DNA of 59,538 nucleotides from a virus: the IMG/VR virus record IMGVR_UViG_3300028888_000014, positions 1 through 59,538 of that record. One strand, given 5' to 3'. The notes below the pieces were generated by a model that made no database searches, had not been told where the DNA came from, and saw only the letters and a program-made list of their open reading frames with translations. Within the stretch, counting starts at the first letter, position 1. Every line of letters starts with the position of its first letter. This document shows positions 19,245 to 28,206 of the stretch, piece by piece. Made by a program: the position numbers and the translations under genes.

Positions 19245-19763
19245 CTATTTAAGGTTGATAAGTTTCACTCCGAATGTGTTGACCAATACTTTGTCGCCGA
19301 CGTATTGTGCGGCGGTGTCGGCGAGTTCGTCGGCGTTCTTCTCCATGGTGTAGGATATCCAGTCCGACTCGGTGCGTTTCTTGCGGTACGCGCGCTTCAT
19401 CTTCTTCGGGTCGCGGGGCTGGCCGTTGCCCACGCCCCATTCGCGGAAGATGCCGTGGATGGGCGGCTTGAACTCGGTGCCGTAGTACTCCTTCTGCTCA
19501 TGGCGCAGCTTGAAGACGTATGCTCCGCCGCCTTTCTCCGAAAGTTTGTATTCCGTCTGTCCGGCTTTCTTCCCTCTTTTGTATGTATGAGGGTCCTTTG
19601 GCTCTCCTGGAGACCCTTTGCCTTTCGGGAACTTCTTGGCCTTGTTGCGCTGGATGGCCAGCACCTTGAGAGACCACTTCTTCGTGGTCGCGTTCCATTC
19701 GGCCATGGTCATGGCATGGCCTTGTATCTTCTGGCTTATATGGCCGTACTTGCCGACTTTCAT
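19245..19763 (-). CDS. Hypothetical protein (172 aa) upstream of the tape measure gene (tail-assembly region)
   Basis: The ATG at 19763 forms an ATGA overlap with the stop of the upstream gene. The longer 380-aa track ORF has an Arg/Pro-rich shadow N-terminus. Confidence 0.5.
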   Translation of the reverse strand: MKVGKYGHISQKIQGHAMTMAEWNATTKKWSLKVLAIQRNKAKKFPKGKGSPGEPKDPHTYKRGKKAGQTEYKLSEKGGGAYVFKLRHEQKEYYGTEFKPPIHGIFREWGVGNGQPRDPKKMKRAYRKKRTESDWISYTMEKNADELADTAAQYVGDKVLVNTFGVKLINLK

Positions 19764-20560
19764 CTCTTCCTTCTCCTTTCCGCCTCCCGGCTTTCCTTGA
19801 TCCTGCGGTTTATCCACGCCAGGATGGTGGTGGCCTTGCTCTTCAGGAATTTCTCCTCCTCGTATGCCAGGTTGCCCATCAGGATGTGGTGGGTGTCCGC
19901 CCATCCCGCAGCCTGGCTTGGAGCCTGCGCCCCTTCCTCCTCCATGGTGATCCTCTTGCCGTCCATGTAGGTCTCTTCCATGGACGGGAACAGGTAGCCG
20001 TTCAGCTCCTCCACCGCTTTCTTTCGCACGGCCCTGTAGTTCAGGGCCAGCAGCGCCACCGTCGTATCGTCCAGTCTGTCCGTCCGTTTCGAGTTGCGCG
20101 GAAGGTCCTTTTCGCTGAACGGGCGTTTCTTGCCTGTAAGCGGGTTTGCCGGACGGTACAGCACCGTGACCGTTTCGTGGTACATCTTCTTGAGCATGAA
20201 GGTGTCCGCGAAGATGAACTCTTCCCACGTCATGTCGGAGAGCATGTCGTCGAAGCCGTGCAGGCGGCGCGCGCCTGCGCGGACGACGGGTATCTTGTTG
20301 TCGCGGAACGACGGTGTCTCCTCGAAGACGAAGCGGAGCAGTTCCTCGTTCATCATGCATTTCTGCGCCGGCGGGATTCCCCTCCATACTCGCCTCTTCA
20401 CTCCGAGGATGCGCCTGGCTTCTTCATCGGAGTTCCCGGAAGAACCGGCGGCCCTGTAGAGCATGGCGTGCTTCAGCTGCCTGCCGTTGAGTTCCTCCCA
20501 GCTTTCCGGCACCTGGTACCTGTGCGCCTTCCTGCCTGTTATGATGTTGAGTTCCACCAT
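19760..20560 (-). CDS. Hypothetical protein (266 aa), possible tail assembly chaperone by position
   Basis: Position two genes upstream of the tape measure gene; no motif recognised. Confidence 0.4.
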   Translation of the reverse strand: MVELNIITGRKAHRYQVPESWEELNGRQLKHAMLYRAAGSSGNSDEEARRILGVKRRVWRGIPPAQKCMMNEELLRFVFEETPSFRDNKIPVVRAGARRLHGFDDMLSDMTWEEFIFADTFMLKKMYHETVTVLYRPANPLTGKKRPFSEKDLPRNSKRTDRLDDTTVALLALNYRAVRKKAVEELNGYLFPSMEETYMDGKRITMEEEGAQAPSQAAGWADTHHILMGNLAYEEEKFLKSKATTILAWINRRIKESREAERRRKR

Positions 20561-20562
20561 GG

Positions 20563-21027
20563 TCAGTTTTCCTTCCAGTAGGAGGATATCTCAATCTGGT
20601 AGCGCAGCCCCGCCCACCGTTCGGGCTGGTTTTCCACCTGCTCGCACTGCATCTTGCTGACGGTGACGATGCACCGCTGGCCGCGGTAGATGTCGATGAG
20701 CTTGCGCAGGATGTCGTCGCCGATGGTCTCCGCCACCGCGTAGGCTTTGTCTATCTGGTCCCAGTCGTTGGTGTCCTCGTAGCCGTCAACCACGGCGAAG
20801 GCGGTCTCGCGGCGTTTCCAGACGCCGTTGCCCTCCTCTTCGTAGTCGTTGGCGAAGCCTTCGCCTATCACGGCGGGGAACGCGCAGTCGTTGCGGAGCC
20901 CCGTGTAGAACTCGTTGATCTCGCCTCTGAAGAAGTGCTTCTCGCCCTCCTTCGCGCCTATCATCTCGTTGGTCTCCGCCTCGTTTCTCAGGAAGGCGTA
21001 GAAGTCCTTGATAGTGTCGTTTCTCAT
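20563..21027 (-). CDS. Hypothetical head-tail joining / tail completion candidate (154 aa)
   Basis: Position between portal-proximal genes and the tail assembly genes; ATGA overlap with the upstream gene. Confidence 0.35.
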   Translation of the reverse strand: MRNDTIKDFYAFLRNEAETNEMIGAKEGEKHFFRGEINEFYTGLRNDCAFPAVIGEGFANDYEEEGNGVWKRRETAFAVVDGYEDTNDWDQIDKAYAVAETIGDDILRKLIDIYRGQRCIVTVSKMQCEQVENQPERWAGLRYQIEISSYWKEN

Positions 21028-22016
21028 GCCATTACTATTTTGTGTCCTGTGTTGTCTCTTCTGAGCTCACCGCTGCGGGGGTTGTTGCGCCCGCGCTGGC
21101 GTTCGTATTCAGGGAAGTCCCCGGCGTGCGCGTTGAGCCAGTCCGTAGCCTTGGTCAGATAGCGTTCCGCTAGCTGCGCGTATTTGTTCTTCATGCGCAG
21201 GGCCTCTTCGAGCGGAATCTGCTTGATCTGCCTGCCGTCGTTGTAGGCGAAGAATTCCTCATACACCATGCCGCGCTCCGTGGGGCTGATCTTGAGTTCC
21301 TCCACGCATTCGGCGACGGCAGAATACACCAGGTACTTTTTGATGTCCCCGATGACGGGTTTGTATTTCTCGTTGTCGCGGTCCTCGATGATGGCCTCCG
21401 TCAGCTCCCGGCTGATGCGGTGGTGCAGGTTCAGCTCCTCGGCGGTGGCGCACCAGCGGCTCATGCGGATGAACACCAGCCGCGAGTTGTTGATGTTGAA
21501 GATGCTGTTGAACTCGGCGGTGCTGCGGATGATGTGTCTCCGGCTTTCCTTGTACCATGGGGATTCCCCGTATTCCGGAAGCTCCTCGATGTTCCGCTCG
21601 CAGTGCTCCAGCGCCGCGTCGATGGCCTTGTATCCCGTCTGCCGCAGCGCGTGGATCAGGTTGTCCTCCTGGTAGCGGTACGGCCGTTTGTCCCTTCCCT
21701 GCGGGGAAGTCGCTCCGGAATCGTCCATTTTCACGCTGATGGCGTAGTAGCCGTCCGCGTAGGCGAGGTTGGCCGTCGCGCTCTGCAGCAGCTCCAGGAG
21801 CGTGTCCATCACGGCGTTGCCGGTTCCGCCTTCGTCATAGTAGGTTGCCACGCGCTCGAACAGTCCCGTCCCGATGACGGGCACGATGTAGGTGGTCTCC
21901 GCCTCGGCGAGCGATGGGAGCAGGTTCTTGATGTTGAAGTTGACCGACACGGGGAGGAACTTCTTGAGTTCCTCCGCCTTGGTGTTCTTTTCCTGGCTGA
22001 ATAGTCTCGGGTTCAT
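21024..22016 (-). CDS. Hypothetical structural-module protein (330 aa)
   Basis: Directly downstream of the portal gene (1-nt gap); helical-type composition. Confidence 0.45.
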   Translation of the reverse strand: MNPRLFSQEKNTKAEELKKFLPVSVNFNIKNLLPSLAEAETTYIVPVIGTGLFERVATYYDEGGTGNAVMDTLLELLQSATANLAYADGYYAISVKMDDSGATSPQGRDKRPYRYQEDNLIHALRQTGYKAIDAALEHCERNIEELPEYGESPWYKESRRHIIRSTAEFNSIFNINNSRLVFIRMSRWCATAEELNLHHRISRELTEAIIEDRDNEKYKPVIGDIKKYLVYSAVAECVEELKISPTERGMVYEEFFAYNDGRQIKQIPLEEALRMKNKYAQLAERYLTKATDWLNAHAGDFPEYERQRGRNNPRSGELRRDNTGHKIVMA

Positions 22017-22017
22017 G

Positions 22018-23364
22018 CTATTGGATTTTTTCTTCCGTCGAATGACCTGTGTCCAGTGTGGTGAGCAGCAGGTTGCGGTATTTTATGTCAATGTATTTGT
22101 GTCCGTTGAAACGGAGCATGGTTTCCACGGGGTCGAGCACCAGCTGCCGTTCGCAGTGGTTGAGGATGATCGACACTATGAAGGCCTCGCGGATGTCGGA
22201 GCCGCTGCCGCTGTTGCCGGCGTATGCCCCTCCGGGCATCCCCGCGCCGAAGACGGCGGGGTTGATCATCAGAGAGAAAAGAATCTCGGAGTTGGCGGCC
22301 ACACTGGTCGTCAGCTTCTCGTCCGCGCTGGACTTGTTGTCGAGCTTGTTGACCTCCCATTTGCCGTCGCCGCGCCCCTGCGCATCGTCCATGTAGGGCG
22401 TGAAGAACCCCTTGTTGGCGTTCTCCACCGAGCAGAGGTTCTTTTCCAGGTCGTTGAGCCAGGTTTCGTATTCCCTCTGCCGTTCCTCAGGTGTCATGGA
22501 AGCGTATTTCTCCTCGCTGAACTTGTTGTCGATGTAGGAGTACGGCACATTGACGTGCCACATCAGCGACATCGCGTTCTTGTAGATGGTCTTCAGGAAC
22601 TTCGGGACTTCCTTGTACACGTCTATCCATCCGGATTTCTTCACGGCGTCCCATGCGGGTAGGGCGTAGTAGTCGTTGTTCGAGAAGTAGTTCTTGAGGC
22701 GTGGGAACGCCACCGCCCCCTTGCCTTTCAGTTTGCCGGTGTCCTTTCGCCACATCAGATCCTCCAGCGGCATCTTCTCGTCGAGCATGGGGATGACCCA
22801 TGCGGTGTCGTCCGGGTCTCCGTGTTCGAAGTCGTTGTATACAAGGAGTTTGTCTTTCTTGACGCTGATTCTGCAGTGCCGGGCGTTGACGGTGTCCACG
22901 CGCACTATTTTGTTGCCTCCGTTGTTGAAGACCAGCACGGGGAATGCGTTGCCGAACTTGAAGAGGTCTCGGAGGGCCTCGAACTGGTGGTTTCGGAACC
23001 AGTGGCTGTTGAGCATCTGGATCACGTCAAGGTCGTTGTACGGTTCGTATATCTCCTTGAACTTTTCGTCGATGCCCTTGAGCGTGACGGGCACCACGCC
23101 GCTGCCCGCGCAGGTGCGGCAGCGGTAGTCGATGCCCGTGTTGAGCACGCCGATGGATCCGACCAGCTCGGCACTCCGACCGGGCCAGTTGTTGTCGTAT
23201 CCCCACGGCACGTAATCTGTACCTTTGAAGTTGAACCAATCCTCCGCTTTCTCCGTCGTGGCTTTTTTCTCGCGGCTGCTTCTGTCGTCGTAGGCGGTCA
23301 CCACGGCGGTCTTGCCCACCATGGCCAGCGGTACGAACTTTTTGTTGGTGAGAATCTTTGTCAT
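22018..23364 (-). CDS. Portal protein (448 aa from ATG 23364), putative
   Basis: Size, position at the head of a structural operon, and the Gly-rich segment FGAGMPGGAYAGNSGSGSDIREAF. The track N-terminal extension (23365-23772) is an Arg-rich shadow overlapping another CDS. Confidence 0.55.
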   Translation of the reverse strand: MTKILTNKKFVPLAMVGKTAVVTAYDDRSSREKKATTEKAEDWFNFKGTDYVPWGYDNNWPGRSAELVGSIGVLNTGIDYRCRTCAGSGVVPVTLKGIDEKFKEIYEPYNDLDVIQMLNSHWFRNHQFEALRDLFKFGNAFPVLVFNNGGNKIVRVDTVNARHCRISVKKDKLLVYNDFEHGDPDDTAWVIPMLDEKMPLEDLMWRKDTGKLKGKGAVAFPRLKNYFSNNDYYALPAWDAVKKSGWIDVYKEVPKFLKTIYKNAMSLMWHVNVPYSYIDNKFSEEKYASMTPEERQREYETWLNDLEKNLCSVENANKGFFTPYMDDAQGRGDGKWEVNKLDNKSSADEKLTTSVAANSEILFSLMINPAVFGAGMPGGAYAGNSGSGSDIREAFIVSIILNHCERQLVLDPVETMLRFNGHKYIDIKYRNLLLTTLDTGHSTEEKIQ

Positions 23365-23633
23365 AGTGTCACTCGTTGTTCGTTGAATGTCCGGATGAAG
23401 TCGATGCGCACGGGTATGGGATGCCCGACGGGAAGGCCGTGGATGTCGTGTTCCTGTATCCCCCGCATCCTGTTGGCCTCCATGTCCATCTTCAGCCCGC
23501 AGGTCTGCGCCCGCTGGACGAATCTCACCTCCCCGTTCCTTGTGTAGAAGGATATGGAGAAATAGACCGGCTTTCCGCCAGCCTCCTTGATTTCCATTTC
23601 TTTCAGCGCCATTGCGCGTTTGATTTTCTTCAT
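23361..23633 (-). CDS. Hypothetical small protein (90 aa), first gene of late operon 2
   Basis: ATG lies 17 nt downstream of a TAatTTTG box; ATGA overlap with the portal start. Confidence 0.5.
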   Translation of the reverse strand: MKKIKRAMALKEMEIKEAGGKPVYFSISFYTRNGEVRFVQRAQTCGLKMDMEANRMRGIQEHDIHGLPVGHPIPVRIDFIRTFNEQRVTL

Positions 23634-23649
23634 CTCGTGAAATTTTCGG

Positions 23650-23657
23650 CAAAATTA
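23650..23657 (-). promoter_or_regulatory. Bacteroidota-type -7 promoter box (TAATTTTG)
   Basis: The reverse complement of caaaatta matches TAnnTTTG. It sits between terminator 23685-23716 and the ATG at 23633. Confidence 0.5.
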
Positions 23658-23684
23658 CTTCGGTTCTTCCGTTCGGGTTGGGAC

Positions 23685-23716
23685 AAAAAAAAGGGCATCG
23701 CCTGTGGCGATGCCCT
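23685..23716 (-). terminator. Rho-independent terminator
   Basis: Perfect 11-bp stem agggcatcgcc/ggcgatgccct with a tgt loop, followed on the - strand by an 8-nt T run. Confidence 0.75.
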
Positions 23717-23735
23717 CTGTTCAATTCTGTTTTTT

Positions 23736-24098
23736 TCATCCTCCCATGCCTCCGATAATCGGTGCCATCCACGTCATCGGGTTAGGTGCATGTTTTTTCT
23801 TTATTTCTTGTATAGCCCTGTCCTTGCCGTAGTGGAAAGATGTCGTAAAATCGAATTCTGACTTTTCATTCAGGACATAAATGCAATCCTCTGTTTCAAT
23901 TCCTTTTCCGAGAACGTTTCCGAAATCGTCCGTCACTTCATTTAGTTCGCTGAAAAAATCCACCGAGCAGTATGTTTCCCACCACGCCAAGCTCAAGCGT
24001 CTTTGATCCATGGATGTCTTGACTATATCGTATATCGCGCGCTCAAGTTTTATTCTTTGGTCTATGTCCATCGGACCGTCTATGATTTGTTTTTCCAT
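23736..24098 (-). CDS. Hypothetical protein (120 aa), partner of the RHH protein
   Basis: Lies 12 nt downstream of the RHH gene and shares its promoter and terminator. Confidence 0.5.
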   Translation of the reverse strand: MEKQIIDGPMDIDQRIKLERAIYDIVKTSMDQRRLSLAWWETYCSVDFFSELNEVTDDFGNVLGKGIETEDCIYVLNEKSEFDFTTSFHYGKDRAIQEIKKKHAPNPMTWMAPIIGGMGG

Positions 24099-24110
24099 GA
24101 CACGAGGTTT

Positions 24111-24527
24111 TTAGAAATTAGACCATTCCTCGATATTGTTCCCCGGCTTTTCCCAAAAGCGTTTCGCGCGCTTCATCATCGCGGCCGTCTGCGCGGCGGT
24201 GAGGGTTTCCACCTTCTTCCGCATCGTATCAAGGTCGGCGCCGTGGCGGGTGAGGGTTCCCTCGAACTTCTCGCCGTCCTCTATGGTGGCCATCATCAGG
24301 CTCTTGACGCAGATGTACTGCGGCACGAGCATCCTGCTGTTGACCAAGTCGATCAACGCTGTCCACTCTTCGGGTGAGAATTTCCCCTTCAGCTCATCTT
24401 CCGAATACTTGAGCATCTGCTGATGCTCTTCGATTATTTCAAGGACGGTCTGGTTGATGCCTTGGTCGTTGGAGGAGAGTCTATCGTAAATCTCCTCCGG
24501 GATTCTTAACGTGATGTTCTTGTTCAT
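24111..24527 (-). CDS. Ribbon-helix-helix (CopG/Arc-like) N-terminal domain protein (138 aa)
   Basis: The N-terminus NITLRIPEEIYDRLSS..INQTVLEIIEEH fits a beta-strand / helix / helix RHH pattern. Confidence 0.5.
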   Translation of the reverse strand: MNKNITLRIPEEIYDRLSSNDQGINQTVLEIIEEHQQMLKYSEDELKGKFSPEEWTALIDLVNSRMLVPQYICVKSLMMATIEDGEKFEGTLTRHGADLDTMRKKVETLTAAQTAAMMKRAKRFWEKPGNNIEEWSNF

Positions 24528-24551
24528 AATTTTTGGTTTTTAAATTCGCGG

Positions 24552-24559
24552 CAAAAATA
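24552..24559 (-). promoter_or_regulatory. -7 promoter box (TATTTTTG)
   Basis: The reverse complement of caaaaata matches TAnnTTTG, 24 nt upstream of the ATG at 24527. Confidence 0.5.
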
Positions 24560-24622
24560 CAAAATATTTCAATATACACACACTTTGCAAATATTTTTAT
24601 TTGCAAAGTGTGTGCATTGTTT

Positions 24623-25681
24623 TTAAAGCAAGGCGTCTATCATTTCCGCCTTGTAAAGTCTCGCCGGGGATAGTGGCGTGAGGAAGTCGAATCTGTCTAT
24701 CCATATTTCGGTTTTCGAAGGCATTCCGGGAGTGGGGTATTCGATAATTCTGATGTCAAGTATCCGGTACGGCCCGTGGAGCGCTAAAGAGATATCCATT
24801 GGTTCCCGATAGTAAGCCATATTCCCGATGTGCGCTTCCCATAAGCTGTGGTCGTATCTGCATCCGGCTGTTGTATAGGACAATCTTCTCCCTATTGCCG
24901 GCTCATAAAAATGGAAATACTTCTGTGCCGTGGTTCTTTCGTTGTCGTCAGGTCTTGTTATCTGTCCTTTATTGACGATGTTTATTCCGGTATTGAACGC
25001 CGCAACGAACCGTTCCAACGCGCTCTGTCCACTTTGCTTTTCTCCGTCCACTGGTACCCGTCCACTTTGCTTTTCTCCGTCCACCGGTACCCGTCCACTT
25101 TGCTTTTCCGCATCCACCGGCACCCGTCCACTTTGCTTTCCCGCCGCCACTGTCGTCAGTCCACTTTGCTTTTTTCCGTCCACTTGCACCCGTCCACTTT
25201 CGCTTTTCAATGTCTTTGTTTTTTCCATTTTTTTTGCTTTTTTGTCTGTATTTGTCATTCCTATCACAGCGATGTCGCATTTTTTCCCGAGTGCTTTCAT
25301 TGCCGCCTCTGCTGTCATTCCCGTGTCATATACGTTGTCGATGAGCACGAAATTTCCCCGTATTTCATGTCTGTATTTTTTTCGGAACACTGGTTCTTTT
25401 GGACGCTTTCCCGCCTTTTTCATTTCGCACAGTCCGTCACGCACTTCGCCTCTAAGGCAGTTTTCGACTTTGAATCCTCCTTTTTGCGCTATCCTTATTG
25501 TAAGCATCAATGTATATGCAGCATATCCGAACCTTCCCGGTATCGGTATTAGTGTGCTTCCTTCAGGTATCATTGTCGAGAGTGCTCTTGCCGCTTTTTC
25601 TATGGATTCGACGTCTCCTTCCTTTACTTTGCGGCACATTTTTCTGTATGTTCTGTATTCTCCCATGGTGATGATTTTCAT
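24623..25681 (-). CDS. ComF-like / type I phosphoribosyltransferase-domain protein with internal 11-aa repeats (352 aa)
   Basis: LIPIPGR ... NFVLIDNVYDTGMTAEAA resembles the PRPP-binding loop of the PRTase/ComF family. The middle has (SGRVPVDGEKQ)n and the C-terminal 120 aa are unknown. Confidence 0.55.
   Translation of the reverse strand: MKIITMGEYRTYRKMCRKVKEGDVESIEKAARALSTMIPEGSTLIPIPGRFGYAAYTLMLTIRIAQKGGFKVENCLRGEVRDGLCEMKKAGKRPKEPVFRKKYRHEIRGNFVLIDNVYDTGMTAEAAMKALGKKCDIAVIGMTNTDKKAKKMEKTKTLKSESGRVQVDGKKQSGLTTVAAGKQSGRVPVDAEKQSGRVPVDGEKQSGRVPVDGEKQSGQSALERFVAAFNTGINIVNKGQITRPDDNERTTAQKYFHFYEPAIGRRLSYTTAGCRYDHSLWEAHIGNMAYYREPMDISLALHGPYRILDIRIIEYPTPGMPSKTEIWIDRFDFLTPLSPARLYKAEMIDALL
25028..25205. 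repeat. 33-bp tandem repeat, about 5.4 copies, in frame within the PRTase-like CDS
   Basis: Units begin at 25028, 25061, 25094, 25127, 25160 and 25193 (tccactttgcttttctccgtccacyggtacccg). Confidence 0.85.
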
Positions 25682-25699
25682 GTCTTCTCATACTTTGTT

Positions 25700-26134
25700 T
25701 CAAATCAATCCCTCTTCTGCGAACGAATAGTATTTGTCTTCAGTCACTATTATGTGATCCACCAGGTTTATTGAGAAGATTTCCAATGCGGCTTTAACTT
25801 TCTCTGTTATAAGTTTGTCGTTTTTGCTTGGTTTTGTTGAACCGCTCGGATGGTTGTGTATGAGTATTACCTGTGTAGCCAGTGTATCCAGCGCGGCTTT
25901 GCAAACCAGTCTTGCGTCCACGGGTGTGTCCGCCACCCCTCCCTGCGATATCTTCATCCACCCTATGATCATTCCTGCGTTGTTTATCATTATCATGAAG
26001 CAAGATTCGTATAAGTTTATGTCTTCATGATAGAACTCCATGGCGTAGTTGTATGCGTCCACTGAACTCTTCACATACGCTTCTTTGAAGCATTCCGTTT
26101 TTTTAGCTTTTATTTCGTATTTGTATGATTCCAT
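25700..26134 (-). CDS. RadC-like JAB/MPN domain protein (144 aa)
   Basis: VILIHNHPSGSTKPSKNDKLITEKV contains the HNHPSG JAMM-type signature of the RadC family. Confidence 0.85.
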   Translation of the reverse strand: MESYKYEIKAKKTECFKEAYVKSSVDAYNYAMEFYHEDINLYESCFMIMINNAGMIIGWMKISQGGVADTPVDARLVCKAALDTLATQVILIHNHPSGSTKPSKNDKLITEKVKAALEIFSINLVDHIIVTEDKYYSFAEEGLI

Positions 26135-26218
26135 CTTTTTTTCGCCGGTGTTATCCTCTTGGCTCTTGAGTTCTTTTTGAAAAATGCACTAAATACGTGT
26201 CGTGCGCAACTTTTGTTC

Positions 26219-27100
26219 TTAAATCAGGTAGTTGTCCAGGAATTTGTTCATTGCTATGTTCTGCGGCAGGACGTTTGGTATTTCCATTTTGTCCGCTTTG
26301 TACAGTTCTGTCGCGGTGTTGTATATGTCCCACAGCGTCACTGTTCCCTGTTGTTTCTGTTTTATCAATAGCGCTTCCGTGAATGTGCTGATTTGCGTCT
26401 GGTTGAACGGATATGTGTCCTTCATCCGGATTTCCGGGTTCGAGCTGTCATGTGCCACCCTCATGGCTGTCAGTTCCCCGATTATCTGAAGCACTTGTTC
26501 CGGTCTCATGACTGTTTCTCTCATTCTTCGGATGTATTCCTGTTCCTCTCCGATGATTTTCCCGCTTTCCGCCATCCATCTTTCAACTTCTTCGCTTATT
26601 TGGTTCATGTCCCGTTTGTTCCTTCCGTAGTTCGACACCATTCTGTCTGCCCCGAGGATGCACTGGTTGTGGCAGACTTTCACCATGGTCCCGTAAGCCA
26701 CCTGTATTCCGTCCTGATGGAACGCCACGGCCATGTTGGATGTGAACTCTTCCGTGTCATAGTCGAGTATTCTGATGTTGGCGTACACTCTTCTGAGCAC
26801 ATGTGCTTCCACCGCTTTGTACCCGTATCTTTTTTCCACCTCCGGCAGCAGGACCACTCCCGGTTGCGATTTGTCTCTGTTCTGTGCCGCGAAGATCTCC
26901 TCTATTTTCATCTTCAGCCCGTGTCTTTCCGCGATGTCCCTGCACATCTCTATCACTTGCCAATGGTACATTCCTTTGAGCGGGTGTCCCATGATGTCGT
27001 TTTCCTCGTGTGTCCTCTTGAGTTGTTCAAGAGTCAGTGTCTGCACTTTCGCTTTTTCGAAGTCCAGGAATTCTGTGTTTAAGTTTGTTATTTGTTCCAT
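26219..27100 (-). CDS. DUF932-like protein (293 aa)
   Basis: AFHQDGIQVAYGTMVKVCHNQCILG resembles the NS.DGS...G..R.VC.NG core of DUF932. It is adjacent to a RadC-like gene, as in integrative elements. Confidence 0.55.
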   Translation of the reverse strand: MEQITNLNTEFLDFEKAKVQTLTLEQLKRTHEENDIMGHPLKGMYHWQVIEMCRDIAERHGLKMKIEEIFAAQNRDKSQPGVVLLPEVEKRYGYKAVEAHVLRRVYANIRILDYDTEEFTSNMAVAFHQDGIQVAYGTMVKVCHNQCILGADRMVSNYGRNKRDMNQISEEVERWMAESGKIIGEEQEYIRRMRETVMRPEQVLQIIGELTAMRVAHDSSNPEIRMKDTYPFNQTQISTFTEALLIKQKQQGTVTLWDIYNTATELYKADKMEIPNVLPQNIAMNKFLDNYLI

Positions 27101-27130
27101 TTTTTTTGATTTTAAGTTTTTCTGTTCTTT

Positions 27131-27955
27131 TTATGCACGCATTCTTTCTTCATTCATTCTTTCGTTCTCTTCAATCCGTTTTTTCAGTCCTTCTTTCACG
27201 AACTCGTTGATTTTTTCGGTGAGCCCTGGCATCAGAATTGTGATGTCGCACGTCTCTTTGAAGCTTTTCATTTTCATTATCCCTTTCCATTCCTGAATTT
27301 TCCCTGCTTCCGGATATTTCACCTCTTCTATCATTTCCTCTATCGCTGGGATGTCCGCCCCTGATGTGTATTGCGCAATCCCCAGTATGGTTTCCGCCAC
27401 CGATACTTGGGCTGTCGCGTCTCCGTGGATTTTCTGTTTGCTTTTGAATTCGAACGTCCTTAACCTTTCTGTATCCTCTATCCAGCTTCTGTCTTTGTTC
27501 ATCCTCCAGCTTATTCTTGTCGCGCATTCCACCACGGCGGCTCTTTTTGTCAGCGCTATCACGTAGCACATTTCGTCTATTTCACCTCCTGTCGCATTTT
27601 TCCCGCTGAATTGGTTCCTTATGCTTGCCGTCCATCTCTCCGCTCCGTAGTTTCTTTTGTCCCAGAACTTCCCCGCTGCTATCTGGCATACCTTTTCCAA
27701 TACGCATTCGTCTGTGTCTTCCCTCATTTCTTCCGGTGTTCTCATTCCTCGATAGCTGTTGTTTCCGTACCAATCCTGGATTTTCGGGTCGATTTTCCTC
27801 ATGTTCTCGTTCAGTTCTTTCATTCTGTCGTACATTTCGTCGTACGATTTTATTGTGGTCTCCCTCAGTTCTGCCAGGCGGACTATTTTTTCCGTCTTTT
27901 TGTTTCCGAACACTTTCGGAGCCCATTCTTTGAATTTTTCCATGAATTTTTCCAT
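27131..27955 (-). CDS. Hypothetical protein (274 aa)
   Basis: ATG start, ordinary composition, within the accessory operon. Confidence 0.55.
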   Translation of the reverse strand: MEKFMEKFKEWAPKVFGNKKTEKIVRLAELRETTIKSYDEMYDRMKELNENMRKIDPKIQDWYGNNSYRGMRTPEEMREDTDECVLEKVCQIAAGKFWDKRNYGAERWTASIRNQFSGKNATGGEIDEMCYVIALTKRAAVVECATRISWRMNKDRSWIEDTERLRTFEFKSKQKIHGDATAQVSVAETILGIAQYTSGADIPAIEEMIEEVKYPEAGKIQEWKGIMKMKSFKETCDITILMPGLTEKINEFVKEGLKKRIEENERMNEERMRA

Positions 27956-27973
27956 TTTGTTTCTCCTTTCTTT

Positions 27974-28144
27974 TTATCTTTTGTGAAATCCGACTTTCTT
28001 TTCTTCCTTTTCGAGTGATTTGTAGAATCTTGCCAGTGATTCTTTGAGTTCTTTCCACTCTTCGTGTCTGATCAGCTCTCTTTTCTCGTGTCTCACGGCT
28101 ATCACTGTCGCCGCGTTTATCACGCTGTTTGTCGATGCGTTCAT
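27974..28144 (-). CDS. Hypothetical small protein (56 aa from ATG 28144)
   Basis: The track start at 28171 is TTG and overlaps a hairpin; the first ATG is at 28144. Confidence 0.35.
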   Translation of the reverse strand: MNASTNSVINAATVIAVRHEKRELIRHEEWKELKESLARFYKSLEKEEKKVGFHKR

Positions 28145-28169
28145 ATCCTTTTTTTTAAATCGATAAAAC

Positions 28170-28199
28170 AAAGGGGAAAGGATTTCTCCCTCCCCCTTT
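28170..28199 (-). terminator. Possible intra-operon hairpin/terminator
   Basis: Stem aaagggg/cccc-ttt with an inner gga/tcc pairing, downstream of the stop at 28207. The T run is only moderate. Confidence 0.35.
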
Positions 28200-28206
28200 C
28201 TGTTTG

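Noticed and set aside
19763-20387. Programmed -1 frameshift fusing the 266-aa ORF to the 172-aa ORF upstream of the tape measure gene (a G/GT-like chaperone pair), suggested by the 380-aa open alternative frame.
   Set aside because: There is no X-XXY-YYZ slippery heptamer near the overlap. The junction is a plain ATGA start/stop overlap, and the long open alternative frame has shadow-type composition. This remains untested rather than excluded.
23365-23772. N-terminal extensions of track ORFs: portal 584 aa, and likewise 41963-42520, 37191-37427, 44522-44716, 19764-20387 and 35299-35391.
   Set aside because: The extensions are Arg/His/Gly-rich, overlap the 3-prime ends of upstream genes in another frame, and are followed by an internal ATG that forms an ATGA or short overlap with the upstream stop.
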